Positions 1 to 13,554 of a DNA stretch of 64,000 nucleotides are shown in pieces. Numbering within the stretch: the first letter of the stretch is position 1; every line of letters starts with the position of its first letter. Under the pieces are notes generated by a model, which was not told the origin of the DNA, searched no databases, and saw only the letters and a list, made by a program, of their open reading frames with translations. The translations under genes were made by a program, and so were the position numbers. This DNA comes from Azolla caroliniana (taxonomy: Eukaryota; Plantae; Polypodiophyta): NCBI GenBank assembly GCA_043228905.1, contig JBHGNT010000004.1, forward strand, positions 25,358,001-25,422,000, given 5' to 3'.

Positions 1-900
1 AACATGCCCTTCAACTATTCGGTACCTCAAAGACTGACCATGTAAGTATCGATAAAATTGATGTTGTGATATGATTTTCATCAAGCTTTGGCATCTAAAC
101 ATGCTTATGCTCGTTGTGCATATGACCTCCATATCATAAGCTTGTTATAAGCTAAAGGACCTTTTGTGGGCAGAACTATAGGCCAAGAAGACTGAGAAGG
201 CCAATCATGATTGAGATCGTCAAAATTTATTTTCCACACATGTAGAAGTGAGATATGCTGTTGTGGAGGTTTGATGAGAAATTCATTGAAGATAATGTGC
301 TCCAACTCTGCGTGAAAGCTCTGAGAACAATCCTGATGATCAATGTTGTTGACCTTTCATATGTTTCTATATGTTTTCACACATGGGAGATATTCCCATG
401 ACATGGTTGAGAAGTCATGTACGCTAGGAACTACAATCTACATCGATAAAAATATCATCTCCTTCTGAGCTGATCTTGTGAATTTTTTCAATGGTTGTTT
501 GGTTAGATTCTTCCACCCATTGCTTGTTTACTTGGAAACTATATGTGATACATTCATTCTTTGAAGTATCATGCATGTCCATGCAATGCTCTGAGATTGA
601 TAAATTGCGCACAAATTTCAGAACCTTCATGATTTCCAGTGCGTGAACTTTGCAATAATGAGAGGTCTATTTATTACATGTGTACATGTTACTTAACAAG
701 TGGTATTCAAGTAAATGGAGAGACACAGCTTGGAGAAAACATTCATCTACCTTCATATCAATGGTGAAGCTTTGGAGATTTTACATTGTAAATGCCATAC
801 TGAAACATTTATGGGTAAGCTTTGAAAATAGGAATTTAAATATATGCAAGCAATTTTCATTCTCTCTATCAAAAGAAACCATAGTAATGACATTTATGGG
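1..900 (-). pseudogene. Possible degenerate PLS-class PPR pseudogene fragment
   Basis: Minus-strand translation through stops gives PPR-like pieces (LLSNMYTC; KVHALEIMKVLKFVRNLSISEHCMDMH resembling an L-motif 'xIHAxxIKxGFxxDxxVxNxLIDMY'; AFSVFLAYSSAHK). Many stops; motif-level resemblance only. Confidence 0.25.
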
Positions 901-1058
901 CAATATGTTAGTTTCTTTGCAAACCCTAGTGTGATTGTACAAGTGTAGCTTTGTCAGACTGATAAAATCTACACCTAAAGGTATATAATGGAGACTTCTG
1001 TGAAAGTAAAAAATGCTTGATCATTTTGGAACCGTAAAAGACAAACAAGTGTAGCTTT

Positions 1059-1322
1059 TATGTGTGTGCATGGAAAAGCTTAAAGATACAGAAACCACCA
1101 ATTTCATACTACATAGAACAGTTGGTTCATGCAGAAAACACTGCATGCTAACATAATTCTTCTATTCTTCTATTAGAATTACTATATGTGTCCAATACAA
1201 ACAAATGTGACCTTAGATATGTGCACGTAAAAGCTTCAAGATATGGAAACCACCAAATTCATACAGCATTGATTGGCTCATGCAGAAAACACTCCATACT
1301 AGCACAATTCTTCTACTCTTCT
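1059..1322. repeat. Diverged direct duplication (~110 bp x2)
   Basis: '...aaaagctt.aagata..gaaaccacca.ttcatac...ttgg.tcatgcagaaaacact.cat.cta.ca.aattcttcta.tcttc' occurs at ~1059-1170 and ~1219-1322. Confidence 0.7.
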
Positions 1323-1770
1323 TATATTAATAGTCAATTGCCAAACATGTGGTTGACATAGGCCCTTGCTGCATAAACCATGTGATGATAGTGAAAAATA
1401 TATATTTATTCACAGGCTGGTATAAAGAAGAAAAAGAAACATGCTAGTTTACCGTGTCAGATATAATTTTGAAATTTCAAGACAAATGCAACAAGACAAA
1501 ATTGACTAGAATAGTCATGGACTCTGCTCATATCTGAAGTCCTGTTTACCAAAGAATCCTTGCATTCCTCAACAAATGTAAATAGACAGCTCCACCTTCA
1601 GAGCTCGTTTTTTGCTCTTGCATTTGAATGAATCAACCTTGAACTCTTAGATAGTTCTACAAAAGAATACAAAAAAAACAGGCTTCCATTTAAGCCTCGC
1701 TTTGTAGGTCTTGCTTGCACTTACACAATGCAAACTTCACCTGGAAATACAAATTTCTAACATGTTCCAC

Positions 1771-4700
1771 TTATATGTTTAGAAATTCTGCCTCTGGATC
1801 ACTGCCTTCTTCACCAATAATTTCTATCAAAGGAACCAGTTCAAAAGAGAAAAAAATTAGAGCAAGAAATTAACATTAACTTGTAAATAATTAGTGAGAA
1901 AAAAGGTTACCAATAAGCTTATCAATATTGACAAGAACTAAAGACTAGCCTTTTAAACAAGACTACAGAGTGCCTCCCCCAACGAGGCAATGCTAGTAAC
2001 AATGCATTGGATAGAAAAGCTAGCAAAAAACGAAGAGCAAGTAGGAGAGCATATTTTTTTCACACTTACTTGCTTTAATAGGCTTCTTCTCTACAGCAAG
2101 CATGAAGCGTTTCTGAAGGAACGCAGCCAAGACTAGAAACATGGAGCACATCCCAAACATTGCTGTCATTGGGAAAGCATTAACCTGCAACAGCCGTTTT
2201 TCAGAACAAAAATTCCATTTTTTAAAGAGCGTTTTAACCAAACCAAAAACACTCTTGTATTTTGGTGAAAGGTATATCTCAATAACTAAACTATAGGGTA
2301 ATGGTACCAATAATTGACAGATATTCTGAATCATTCTCTCATTCAATTGAGCTTTTTTGCTTACATTGTAGAGGACAACACAAACAAAAACATTCACAGG
2401 GATCCGGAAGAAGTTCAATATCGTGCTTCTCGACTCTTCAGGGACATATTGCGATCGAAGTTTCATTATTGAAGGCCAGAAGACACCAACACAAACTTCA
2501 AAAATACAGAAACCGAGAAGAAGAAGCCGCCCAGGAGCCTTCATGCTGCCCCCCTTATGACCTGCTGGCTTCATAAGGATCTGTTGCACAGAGCAATTCT
2601 CCCCATTAATTACTAAATGAGAAGCTTTGATCTGAGTCCCTTCCAGTTATTTTTTCAAGCCTCAATTCACTTAATGTTCTTTAAAATTTTCATTCCTTCC
2701 ATGGTTTACCATCAGGACGATCCTCTTCATTTTTAGTCTTTAAAAAATCATTACTGCAAGATTAATGAGAAATTCAACAGAATTTTTTATTTAGTACTCA
2801 ATTTTAACATACTTCACTTCGCATTGAGATTTTTCATTTTGCATCGTTTATGTTTAAGTATTGTCCTTGAATTAAAGAGAAAAGAAATGATTTAGACATT
2901 TATTAATCTAGATTTCTATCTAACATGGTCAATTTTCTGTAGCATTTGTCTTGAAAATTTGTACTAAAGATTGGTATGTTCATCATTTTCTTTAAATTTT
3001 TGGTTTAAAATGTGTATGATATAGGTTGGCTTTGCTTGAGGATTGACTTACACTCAATTCTATGGAAATTCTTGTTACTTACTTTAATAATAATAATAAT
3101 AATCAATTGTTTATCTAAATTTTGTCTTGAAAATGAATACCAAATTTTGATGTTTTCATGAACTAGAAAGACTAAAGCTTATTCTATAGAAAACACTTGT
3201 TACTTACATTAATGATGACTGGGGAAAGAAGTGCAGCAGCAGAGACCAAAAAGACTATTTGCATATAAACCTCCACCTTAACAGATGATCTTGCCATAAG
3301 TCGAGATGCCAAAGAGCTCCCAATCATAGATGAGAGCATGAAAGTAGCAAAAATGAATCCATGAGGAATATCTTCATCATGGGGGCTTAAGGCAGGTGTC
3401 CACAGAAAAACAAATGTGTACATGGAACCCTCAAAGAGTGACTGAATTGCACCGAGCAAAGCAATTTTCTCATCTGCAATGGATAAAATAACAAAAATAT
3501 ATTATTTCAATTCCAAATATTCAAATATCTTCCACAGATATAACCCGTTGTTAAAAACCAAATCATGTGGAAATGGGTAAAAAAAAATGAAGAAGTATTA
3601 CACTTCTTGTACCAATTTAGGTGAAATTATTATAAATCTAGGACGGAAAATGAGTAAAGGCATAAAGAGGCACTAAATGTTTTGTAGCAATAGAGGTCGT
3701 CTTGCTATAAAAGTGCTAAAGTTATTAGATAAACAGTGAACCTAATTTTTGGAGATGTGTTATAGAGATCTACATACATTGATATATAGCATGATAATTA
3801 GGGTTGTTTTAGATGCTTCTTGTCATGATCTGCACATTGATATTGAGCATAATAGGTAACCATTCATTTGACCAATGGCTAAAACATTCTTAAAAAATTA
3901 GGTTAAGTAAGAACCAATGACATTACTTTTTATATTATCCATACATGATTTGACCCAAATAGACAAGACATGTTTTACCAGAAGCAATAGCAGATGCCGC
4001 AGCTTTGAACTGAGTTAAAAGATTTTTTCCTTCAGAGGCATCTCCATAATTCTCTGGCCATGTGTAGATTATGATGATCATTCCCAATACTAACACACAA
4101 GAAGCTGCATCAAAGGGCGATACAGGGCCGAATGACAGTGTTTCAGCCAAGAAATTTGCAACCAACCCAGCAACAATGGCTATAAGCCCATTTCCCAAAA
4201 ACACTGCTTTTGAGAACGTCAAAGACAACCATTGTGCTTCAAATCCTCTCTACAAAATGAAATAAAAAAGGAAGAAGATATATCATGCACAGAGAATCTA
4301 CACTTTCAGAATGTGTATTTTTGTACTCGATATGCTATATATTGAATCAAGTTAAGAGAATCCCTTTTAAAACCTTGAAATGTTCAGCAACGAGCCAAGA
4401 TTCAAAAGCAGAAAATAGAAGTGAAGTTGCAATTCCTCCCAAGATTCTGCCCACCATCAACACTTTGTACTCAGGCGAATGCTTTGTCATGCAACTCAGA
4501 ATATATGTTATACAATAGGTGATACTTGCCCTTTTCCGTCCACTACAGAAAAGAAAGCAAGAGTTAAGGCAATCTGGTGAAATGTGTAGAGAACAATAGC
4601 GAATTAAATCGCATAAAATTCCCAATCTATTTAAGTGTCAATGCATAATTGCCAAAAATGTGTGGAAATAATAGCACATGAAATCACATTGAACTCGCAA

Positions 4701-7582
4701 TTTATCTTAGTGTACTTCACAACTATGTAGAAATGGTGGCAAATAAAATCACAAGAACTCGCAATTTACCAAATTGTTAAAGCATACTTGCTTAAGATTT
4801 GTGGAAATAATAATAAATGGAATCACATAAAACTTACTAGTCTAAATGAAATTACAATAGTTAAGATATGCAGGAAATGTGCAGAATAATACAAATCTAG
4901 CCACATGAACCCACTATTTATCTAAAAGACAATGCCAAATTGCATAAATACTAGGAATAAAAGCAAGCAAAATTACATAACTCCACTTTTTATCTAGCTT
5001 TTAAATGCATGAATGCTGAATGATACAGAAAACAGTAGTGAAATAAAACTCACTATTTGCCTAAGTGTTAATGCATAATAAGTGAAATGTGTACAAATAA
5101 TAGCAAATAATGTTACATAATACTCACTATTTGTCTGCAAGGGATCCTACACACGTGCCAAAGATCATGGATGATCCAAATCCAGCAATAAAAAGCCGTC
5201 CAATATCACCTTTGCTGAAGCCATATTTTGTGTACAGAAAATATACATAAGGTCCTTGTAGCCAATCTCCAGCTGTGTAATGTACACGTGACTTAACCTC
5301 ATTTATTTGCATTTTATGGCAAAAATACAAGCAGACAAACAAATTACTTCATGTTCCACATAATTCATTTGCAGTAATAGTTGAGAATAAAGATTTTCAT
5401 GGTTTTCCAAATTACATGCCTAGAGGTGAGAAATAAAATAAGGAAGATCATTAAGTAGAATTTGAAAGACATGTATAAGAATAATAATGAACTTTATGAG
5501 TCTAACCAGCATTTTGTAGCAATAGCATGAGAAGTAGGTCTGCAAAATTTATTGTATGATCCATATAATTTCTTGCAGCTAATAGTTGAATAGAAGAGAA
5601 TAAATAACTAATATGAATGCTACTTGAAAGCAAATTCATTGCTTTCTAGACATCCAACCAATTAGATTAGAGAAAAAAAAGAGAACTACATAAGAGAGTG
5701 TGTAAGAATCATCAAGCTGTAAAAATCTAGCTCGCCATAAGGAGATCTGGAAATACCTTTTGTGATCCATATAATAATTTCGCATCAATTTTTTAAAAAT
5801 GAGAGAGAGAGAGAGAGATCCAATTGATTGATCCATTGTTAAAATGGCTGACAAAACTATTTGGAGATCAAGGCCATTGGTTTGATACATTAAAGTTGCA
5901 TATAGGTTAGGAGTAGTGATATACAATTGGACGGAAGATGTGTGAAAAATGCAGTGATTGCCTGAAGGCAGACAATTAGAGTAATGAGTTCATTAAATAA
6001 GACAGAAAAAGAGAAAGAAACTCAATCTTATTCAAGCAAGCATGATATATTTTGCTTACGAGTATACACGTGTCATTTATCTCACATTCATTCACATCAA
6101 TTACATTTCAAAGTCTGTCTGGCATCATGATCTTCCCGCATCATTAACAATTCCGCACAAATTTTTCATTGCGCATATTGCATCTTTCATCATCTTGTCT
6201 CTTGAGAAACCCAATCCTTCAACACATCATTCAATATAAATGCCGATTGAGTCTCATTTCTCCTTATGTCTTCATTTACAAGGTCAATGAGGGTATTAGC
6301 GGATCCATCAAAGTTTGTATTATATACATATAACTACTTCATTCTGGGAGTGCACACATTTTACCTTTGCAAGTAGTTATAGAAACTCTGCAAACAGTTG
6401 ATCCGATATTGTGATATTGTCTCAAATATGATCTTCTAAGAGGTGTTAATAAGCACTTTGGTACATTTTGCATATACCAGATACATAACATTCTTTCTGC
6501 ACAACAATGCTAAGACCCAAAAGAAGTTACTAGAAAATTTGGATTCGTTGCAGATTTTCAATCCCAATGACGACCTCTATAGTCAGTACATGAGGTCATT
6601 ATTAGAGATCAGAGGCAGATAAAAGAAGGTTAGGTTTAGAGAAGAGTTAAATTGTGGGGATTACAATATATCTGATGATGTTATGGAAGAGACAACAGAG
6701 ATCTGACGATGTTATGATGTTGAGACAAATTTTGGAAACATCCTATCCAACATGCATTGTTCTGCACGTGAATTTAAATTTGGCAGAAGAAAGGATTTGT
6801 ACACATTTCGATAACATTACACAGTCCCTAGTGCCATACTCATCACAGATTTCGAGGCCTGATATTAAATATATACGTATTTGTACATACACTCTCTTTT
6901 AACATCAAAGTGACAATTTTGATTTCAAATTCAAATCCTAATTTGATCTCTTATCATCTGAGCTCATAATCAAAGATCAAAGAGAGAGAGAGAGAGAGAT
7001 CACAAAGTTTGATTCTTTTGCTAGAGATTTTTACTCGATAATGAAAAATTCGTCAGAGATTTCCAAGCTAACTCGTAGAAAAGAAGGCTAAATGTAGAGG
7101 GAAGAAACGATGTGATGGATCGGGATTACACAGATCTATTGACGTAGATCCAGATCTATTCTCCCCACATAAGACTCCAAATAGATCTACAAAGTTTCGG
7201 CATTTTCAGATATGTCAGGGAATCTAAAGAGAAGAGACGAATAATCGCAACAGTATTGCAGGAAATAGGATGCAGTGTGCTAATATACGGAAGGGAAGGA
7301 GCAGGGAAAGTGGGAGAAATTGTGAGGAGGAATGCAGAATAAAGGAAAACAAGGAGGGAATTGAAACAGCGGGGGAATTGTGAAAAGGGAGAAGAAGAAG
7401 AAGAAGAAGAAGAAGAAGAAGGAAATGTTACCCATCATGAGGCAGTAAACAAGGAGGTAGTTGGTCTTGAAGGCGGAGAAGGCATCTGTGGTGAGGATTC
7501 GATCCCGAGTCGTCTTCCCCAGCTCCACCGCTCCCAGAAGAAACAGAAACGCCAAGAAGAGGGCGATGTAGAAGATCTCCAT
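1771..7582 (-). CDS. MOT2: Molybdate-anion transporter, MOT2/MFSD5 family (MFS), 8 exons, ~461 aa
   Basis: Exons 7582-7432, 5272-5128, 4542-4374, 4249-3979, 3473-3208, 2580-2365, 2184-2070, 1823-1771, all GT-AG with consistent phases (1386 nt). Family motifs AGDWLQGPYVY, GRILGGIATSLLFSAFESWL, QSLFEGSMYTFVFLWTP, RSTILNFFRIP. Confidence 0.93.
4620..5135. repeat. Degenerate ~60-75 bp tandem array filling MOT2 intron 2
   Basis: Recurrent unit like 'aaatgtgtggaaataatagca...aatcacat.aactc.c.attt' seen several times; the copy at 5048-5062 repeats the exon 2 donor junction. Confidence 0.6.
7391..7420. repeat. (GAA)n microsatellite at the start of MOT2 intron 1
   Basis: gaagaagaag... run directly next to the donor at 7430-7431. 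Confidence 0.9.
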
Positions 7583-7829
7583 GGGATTCTTTCTTCCTTC
7601 GCTCTCTTTCTTTCTACTTTGCTTGCTTTCTCTGCAGAAGCAGAAGCAGAAGCAGAAGCAGATCGAAACAGAAGAGATGAGAAAGGAATTTGAAGATCAG
7701 TTCAAGTCAGAGCCTGGTGACAGTGATTGAGCTAAAGAGAATTCGATACTCTGATGCAGGTAGGTATGTACACACACATTACATCTTCTTCTCATCCTGC
7801 TTTCTTCTTCTGCTGCTGCTGCTGCTTCC

Positions 7830-7890
7830 TCATTTGTATACATGTATACTTGTATTTGTATACTTGTATTTGTGTATGTATGTATGTATA

Positions 7891-7929
<39 letters not shown>

Positions 7930-8200
7930 GCAATGTATGTATAGTATGTATGTATCTATTGTATGTGTGTGTATTTGTATTTGTATAGTTGTATTTGTAT
8001 ATTTGTCCTTGTATTTGTGTTTGTATTTGTGCATGTGTGTGTGTGTGTGTGTGTATAGCAATGTATGTATAGTATGTATGTATGTATGTAATGTTTGTTT
8101 GTATGTATGTATGTATGTATGTAATGTATGTATGTAATGTTTGTTTGTATGTATGTAATGTTTGTTTGTATGTATGTATGTATGTATGTATGTATGATTG
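7830..8200. repeat. Compound (TG)n/(TGTA)n/(TGTATT)n microsatellite upstream of MOT2
   Basis: Directly visible simple repeats; they explain the low-complexity ORFs at 7690-8137. Confidence 0.9.
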
Positions 8201-8554
8201 ATTAGTAAATATCTTAGTGATTATACCCTTACTCTAAAAAACTGAGAGGGCCCCCAGAGAGGAACCTTCGAGTCATCACAACTCCAAGGATCATTCTTAG
8301 CTCTGAGTGATGTATACCCGAGATATAGCGGGGTCATAACTCGTTTGTTCTTCTCGCCCTCTCTAGTCTCCTCTCTTTGCTTTAGGGTTTTATGTATCTA
8401 AAATTATCATGATATATGCAATAATAATAATAAATACATGATTACATGATGGGCGGAAACTTCTTAATGTCAAATTTCTTCTAGTAAGTGAGAAAACATG
8501 TGGGTTGCCCCTACTTTCCTAGAGCACGTCGTCTGAATCGATCAATATCTTGAC

Positions 8555-8612
8555 AATCGGGCCAATTTTGGTCTTAGAAGACGTTAATATATCTTTCTTC
8601 TTTCTTTCTCTC
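8555..8612 (+). mobile_element. Short LINE/SINE 3'-tail insertion (hairpin + TTTC/TC tail)
   Basis: 'ggccaattttggtcttagaagacgttaatatatctttcttctttctttctctc' matches the 3' end of the RTE-X-like element at 41597-41660. Confidence 0.55.
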
Positions 8613-8934
8613 TCACCAAGTACAATGTATTATACAAACAGAGTAATTTATAGATTCATGACACAAACTTCGAACTTCACCGACACTTCTTCCATGGCAA
8701 ATGTCATATTAGGAGGGTGGGGCCCGAGTATGTTGTTGCTCTATCAACGACCACGTACTTCTCCTTTGATTAACAAATGTCCAAAGGGTTGCTACACTAC
8801 CAATGACGTTTGCCATAGCAAAAGTATAGAGAGAGCCAATGTTGGGCAATTTAAAAAAGGAATGTATTAAACATGTGGGCCTACTTATGGAATAATTCCC
8901 ATATACCTAAGAAAGAAAAATAAAACGAGTTTGT

Positions 8935-10050
8935 TGTTTTTTTTTTTTTTTAAATGTATGTTTGTTATTAAAACAAGACGATAATACAACCGTTGCTATC
9001 TCGACTATTTCATTAGTCTTGACATGGCATGGTAAACGCTCTCAACTTTCAAGTGTTGTCATACTAGATGACATAACTCTACCTCATCTTGGGACAATGT
9101 CCCCATCCAACATAGTTACGAAAATTGCCAAATCAACATTTTCTTTCATCCTATGGAGTTGTTGTGCTACCCCATGAAGTCCATTAAACAAGAACCCATT
9201 TCTCATGGTCCAATTAAACCACATTCCCCAATACCTAAGGCAATTAAACATGATTTGGTATGATGACATGGGTATAGCTTTATCATCATCAATAAAAACC
9301 CACTTAAAAGGTGACAAAATCCTTCCTATTACTAATGCCCAATTTTGTGATATAACCACCCAAATGGCTTTAGCAACCATACATGTAATGAATCTATGTT
9401 TGGCATCTTCGTCAACCACTGTACAGAAAAAAAAAATCCCATATGAAAAATAAAACAAGTTTGTCCCTTTCTAATAAAATAAGTTCCATTAGAGCAAAAA
9501 TGTGCATTGAAACTCGATTTAAGAAACTAATGTCATTGAGGTCTAGTCATATGGTTGAAATGAGCATCCACATAACATACTATGGAGATGTGGCCCGCCA
9601 CCAATAAACATGTGACCATTTGTCCTAGCATGCTAACATCATACAAAATAACATTTTCCATTAGAAATATGAGAGAATTCCCATTTCTTGAGACCTTTGT
9701 TAATCAACCATGCATACACGTCGATGAATTTATTGTTTATATCAAATGTATACCATCACTCGCAACAATTATTTTTGGTCTACGAAAAACATATTGTCCC
9801 ATGGTTGATGCCCTCATGAGATGAATTACTGAAGCACAATCGCATTGACTTGAGGTGACAAAATGATGTGTCGTTGCCAAAGTCGAGCACCTTAATGGTA
9901 TATTGTCATTAACCACATGCCACCACAAAGGTTGAACTCTTTTGTCTCCATGGCATATATCAAACTTCTAACTCTAGAAAGGCTAAAACCAATGACCACA
10001 TACAGATTGGAGGAGTAAGTTTAGGACCACCACATGCTCAATACTATTTA
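8935..10050 (-). mobile_element. L1-type LINE 3' remnant with poly(A) tail
   Basis: ORF 9084-9458 carries a zf-RVT-like C-terminus (EDAKHRFITC..AKAIW; WFNWTMRNGFLFNG). The poly-T run at ~8937-8952 on + is the poly(A) on -. Confidence 0.65.
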
Positions 10051-10122
10051 ATATGCACACCATCATCCATTCTTCTTTTTATACAAATGTCAATAAATTC
10101 TCTCTCTCATTTTTTTTATCAT

Positions 10123-10640
10123 AATTACCTTATCCTAGTGATAAGTTCTTACACTATGAGCACTATGTCTTGGGTTCATACCAATTTTCTCACCTCTTTA
10201 TTAGATACTTTATGCATTTCTCTCAATTCACTAGATGCCAACGTGGAATGTGGGGGTTGAACACGTGACCTATTGCTCTCTCTCTCTCTCTCTCCCTCTT
10301 TTTATCGTAAGTACCTTAACCTAGTGGTAAGTTGTTACACTACAAGCATTATGCCTTGGGTTCAAAACCCAATTATCTCACCTCTCTACTACATACTTCA
10401 TGCATATCTCTTTTAATTCACTAGATGCCACTTATAAGTGTGAAATGTTACCAACTGGTAAGTTGTTACACTACAAGCACTATGGTTCGAAACCCAATTA
10501 TCTCATCTCACTATTACATACTTCATACATGTCTCTTTTAATTCACTAGAATATGTCACTATGGAATGTAGGGGTTGAACCCATGACCTCTTGGTCTCCG
10601 TTGGGCAACCTTACCAATTAAGCTACATCCATCTCGGCTC
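10123..10640. mobile_element. Three tandem tRNA-derived SINE-like units with tRNA-like heads on both strands
   Basis: Units at ~10123-10272, ~10309-10445 and ~10447-10640. + head has A box (ctagtggtaag) and B box (gggttcaaaaccc / ggttcgaaaccc). - head at 10563-10632 reads GGATGTAGCTTAATTGGTAAGG...GAGGTCATGGGTTCAACCCCTACATTCC. Confidence 0.55.
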
Positions 10641-10647
10641 TCTCTTT

Positions 10648-10686
<39 letters not shown>

Positions 10687-10899
10687 AACCTTTCCACCTT
10701 CATTGTAGTGACATTTGTTGTTTTTGTGAGTGTGATTTTAATATTTTAACATTTATTCATACATCCACGACTCATGTATTTCTACTTCAAAATTCAAGGT
10801 CCTTTTTACAAATTGACTTATGCGTTATTCCCTTAAGTCACGAGAGAATTCCGTTGTATTTAACATTACCCTTCGTTAATTACGCATGAACCACATTCC

Positions 10900-12900
10900 A
10901 TTAGTCATGTGCATGCAATGTTTGCACTTCTATTTGTTGCTAGGGAAATGTGTGATCAGAAGCACTTACTCTATCATGAATGAATAATAGGTCATATTGA
11001 CACTTCAATGGATACAATCAACATTACACATTTAGTGACCTTAAATGGGTAAGTCCAAACAATTGAATTGGCTACTTTCACACTCCCAAGTGAGACAAGG
11101 GATTTGTATTGGTGGTTTACTACAACAACTTTAGATTCTTAACCTCCCTACAACAATAACAACCTTGTATTGGTGTCATCACATACAATTCGAAATCCAT
11201 CAAAATAGCAAAGAACATTGTCGCTCGTTGCTTATACCATCGCTTATATTTGGTCCTTCCTTTGATGATATAAGCTTGTGGAGATGGAAAATATTATGTA
11301 CTATTTGTGTGCTGCCTCTAGCATTTTTAATTTTAACACCAATGGAGCATATTTTTTATGGAAAAAAAACATTGTCACTCGTCGATTACTTCATGCAGTT
11401 AGGCTGATTGATTTCAAAACTATATTTTTGTACTAGTTGAACAAAGTTTATCAATTTTTTGCACAATCTAAGGAATTTATGGATCGGTTGCAACAATGAA
11501 TGCATCAGTTTCCAATATACAAATAAATAACGTTGTCATTTGTTGGGGGTTGTTCATAACAAAGATTTCGAGACAATGATTGATACAACATTTGTCCTAG
11601 CCTAAACCAAATTCAAATAAAACCATGTGTCAAATTTTCCCAAACACTCCACACTTTAGCATTGCCAACATTTTCCTCGCGAAAACTTTAAGATGGACCA
11701 AATTCATGAGATGCATCCCCTTGCCTCCTCTAAACATCTTCGATGTGTCACCCAACCATGTCCCCGCGCGCCATGTGCAAACATCCATCAACTTTCCTTG
11801 CCTAACAAAACTTTCGTTCCCAACTCCAACAACCAATCCTTCCACCTTCTCGCACTCTAACTACACCGACTCCCTTATCCCACACCCTTGTCACTCTAAT
11901 CCCTATCTATGCCAATTGTATGTGTTCCCTCGTATCCATCACATTCCAACCACCCTAAAAACTCAACACTCATTTGACTCCCCTCCAACCCATCCTCCCT
12001 TGCCAACATACTCGTCTCTATCCTCTCCTCAGAGAACTTCCATTTTGACCCAAAAAAATCCAACTCTTTGTAGCCATGCACCCATTAGTTTGGGGGCATG
12101 CTAACCATACTTCCAAACAATGACATTGGTTCCCTTATGTCCAAGGTGTTAGTAGTAGTTAGGAAACAATAACACTTTGTACTAGTTCCTTTGTGTGAAA
12201 ATGGTCAAAGGGCAAAGAGACTAAAATGTAAATGATGTCCAATTGGCAACTTGGAAGAATGTTCTCACTTCTCCTTGTTCTCTCTTAATCTCTCAAATAT
12301 CATTTTCCTTTCAATGCTCAATGTTTATTTGGAGGGTTATGTTGAACATATTATGAGTAACGAAGGAGTGTTGCTTCTCTAATGTTATTCTTTTGCACAG
12401 TTTCAAAGGAACTTCGTCAATGTCGGTTTCGCGATAAGATATTTTTGGAAATTTATGTCTACCGTGGGCTTCTTTAATGAGAGAGTTAAATTCCCTTTCC
12501 AATGGGTTTTTGCTCATTGGTGTGAGGAATGCCTTCTTGACATTTTGGGCTTGTGTTTGAATTCCATAAGATATAAGAGAGCAAGACATAATGGGCGTTG
12601 TAGAATGACCTTTGTCTTTGATAATAAACAAGGGGCACAAAGAGAAGTTCAACTATTAAAAAGCATATTGGGACATTCTTCTTCACTAAGGCTTTGGGGA
12701 GGTTGGCACAATATCTGACAAGGAATTGCACGTTTGCAAAGGTGTCCATTATGTGCATGTGAGTTGAGAACTACAACTAGATCCGTGACAAGTTGTTACG
12801 AGTATGGTGTTAAAATAAGGACCATAGCTTAATCTCTTATCCTCGTCCTTGAGCCCAATCCTCCCAAACCAAATGTCAAAGTCCCAAGTCCTCTATTATT
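10900..12900 (-). mobile_element. Highly degenerate retroelement (probably LINE) remnant
   Basis: Fragmented W/G-rich minus-strand ORFs (11630-12758) and a GGLG-like motif near 12850-12890; no intact domain. Confidence 0.35.
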
Positions 12901-13076
12901 AAGGACCTGGATATCTTCTATAAAGTTGTTCACGTTGGTAATAATCGAGGACGTTGCTTTGCTAGTTTGTTTAAACTTTATTTAATATGCATGTTTAAGT
13001 AAGTTTAACATGTATTGATGATTTGCGACTGCAAGATTGTTTTAACGAAGCTCTGCTTAAGAGATTAGTTCTAATG

Positions 13077-13554
13077 TGTTGAGCCAACAAGCTCAACGTG
13101 GGCTGGATCAGTTGAACAAGCCGAGGGCTGGAACGGAGAAGCCGGATCAGTGAGCCGGATTCGGGAACCGAACCCATGTGCGAACTGGTAGGTCGTTGGA
13201 GGCCTACGCTCCTAGTCTACTATGGAGTTATGTTCCTAGGAGTTAGTGTCAATAGCTTAGTACGAGCATTGAAGTACTTTGTTAGTACTTCTGTATCCTT
13301 TTAAGGTCTTGTATAAAAGTGATCTTCGAGCAGATTCGATGTACAGAGTGTTGACTATTATTTTTGCTTTTGATGAATGGGTAAATACGCCGTTTTTATT
13401 GTAAACCATTTATCTCATGGGCTAATTTTGGCCTTAGAAGACGTTAATCTCTCTCTCTCTCTCTCTCTCGCTTTCCATTCAACCTTTGTTCTATTTCTAT
13501 TGCTATCCAGCTGAGCCAATTGTGTCTAAGAGCTTCCGCACGTAACTCTTCACA
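13077..13554 (+). mobile_element. Solo LTR (478 bp) with 5-bp TSD TAATG
   Basis: Starts TGTTGAG (13077) and ends CTTCACA (13554); TAATG at 13072-13076 and 13555-13559; internal TATA-like gtataaaag (~13311); 'gcttccgca' near the 3' end, also present in the Copia LTR at ~29877-29885 (- strand). Confidence 0.6.

Noticed and set aside
7690-8137. Several 66-89 aa ORFs (HTHT/VCVC-rich)
   Set aside because: Artefacts of stop-free microsatellites; the same applies to 13995-14581, 22260-22583 and 59264-59582.
10563-10632. Functional tRNA gene
   Set aside because: No credible anticodon stem-loop, and it is embedded in a repeated SINE-like unit.
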